53,786 nucleotides of DNA, from positions 1 to 53,786 of the IMG/VR virus record IMGVR_UViG_3300031939_000004; one strand, given 5' to 3'. Numbering within the stretch: the first letter of the stretch is position 1; every line of letters starts with the position of its first letter. Origin of the DNA: a virus. Its lineage: Duplodnaviria; Caudoviricetes. Below, in pieces: positions 53,739 through 53,786 of the stretch. Both the position numbers and the translations under genes were made by a program. The notes under the pieces were generated by a model that made no database searches, was not told where the DNA came from, and saw nothing but the letters and a program-made list of their open reading frames with translations.

Positions 53739-53786
53739 CGGGGGTGGCTCCTCGGGTGGTGGTGGCGTGGGTCTCGAAGTAAAGCA
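53661..53786. repeat. 126-bp terminal direct repeat, right copy
   Basis: Identical to positions 2-127. Confidence 0.93.

Noticed and set aside
53661-53786. Biological terminal repeat or att site
   Set aside because: The length (126-127 bp) matches a typical assembler k-mer overlap and it cuts through a gene and a promoter.

Overview
The window looks like a complete, circularly assembled genome (about 53.66 kb unique; positions 2-127 are repeated at 53661-53786) of a GC-rich siphovirus-type phage, most likely infecting an actinobacterium (WhiB, DUF2786, many leaderless starts). Nearly all genes are on the minus strand; only an HTH gene and an SNF2 helicase are on plus. I found no integrase, tRNA or CRISPR array. 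Modules: terminase (1.8-3.9 kb); nucleotide metabolism led by a PurZ0-type adenylosuccinate-synthetase homolog (4.1-8.4 kb); accessory genes; replication (MazG-like, family A polymerase, primase-polymerase, Sak4-like ATPase, Cas4-like nuclease, helicase); lysis; tail; head (MuF fused to an ADP-ribosyltransferase); portal. The gene set predicts a 2-aminoadenine (Z) genome but has no recognisable DatZ or DUF550. The most striking unexplained signal is a family of about 14 promoter-like elements, TTGCGC-N18-TTnnnT, with T at the normally invariant -11A, which may be an adaptation for transcribing Z-DNA. All calls come from motif recognition by eye; no database searches were run.
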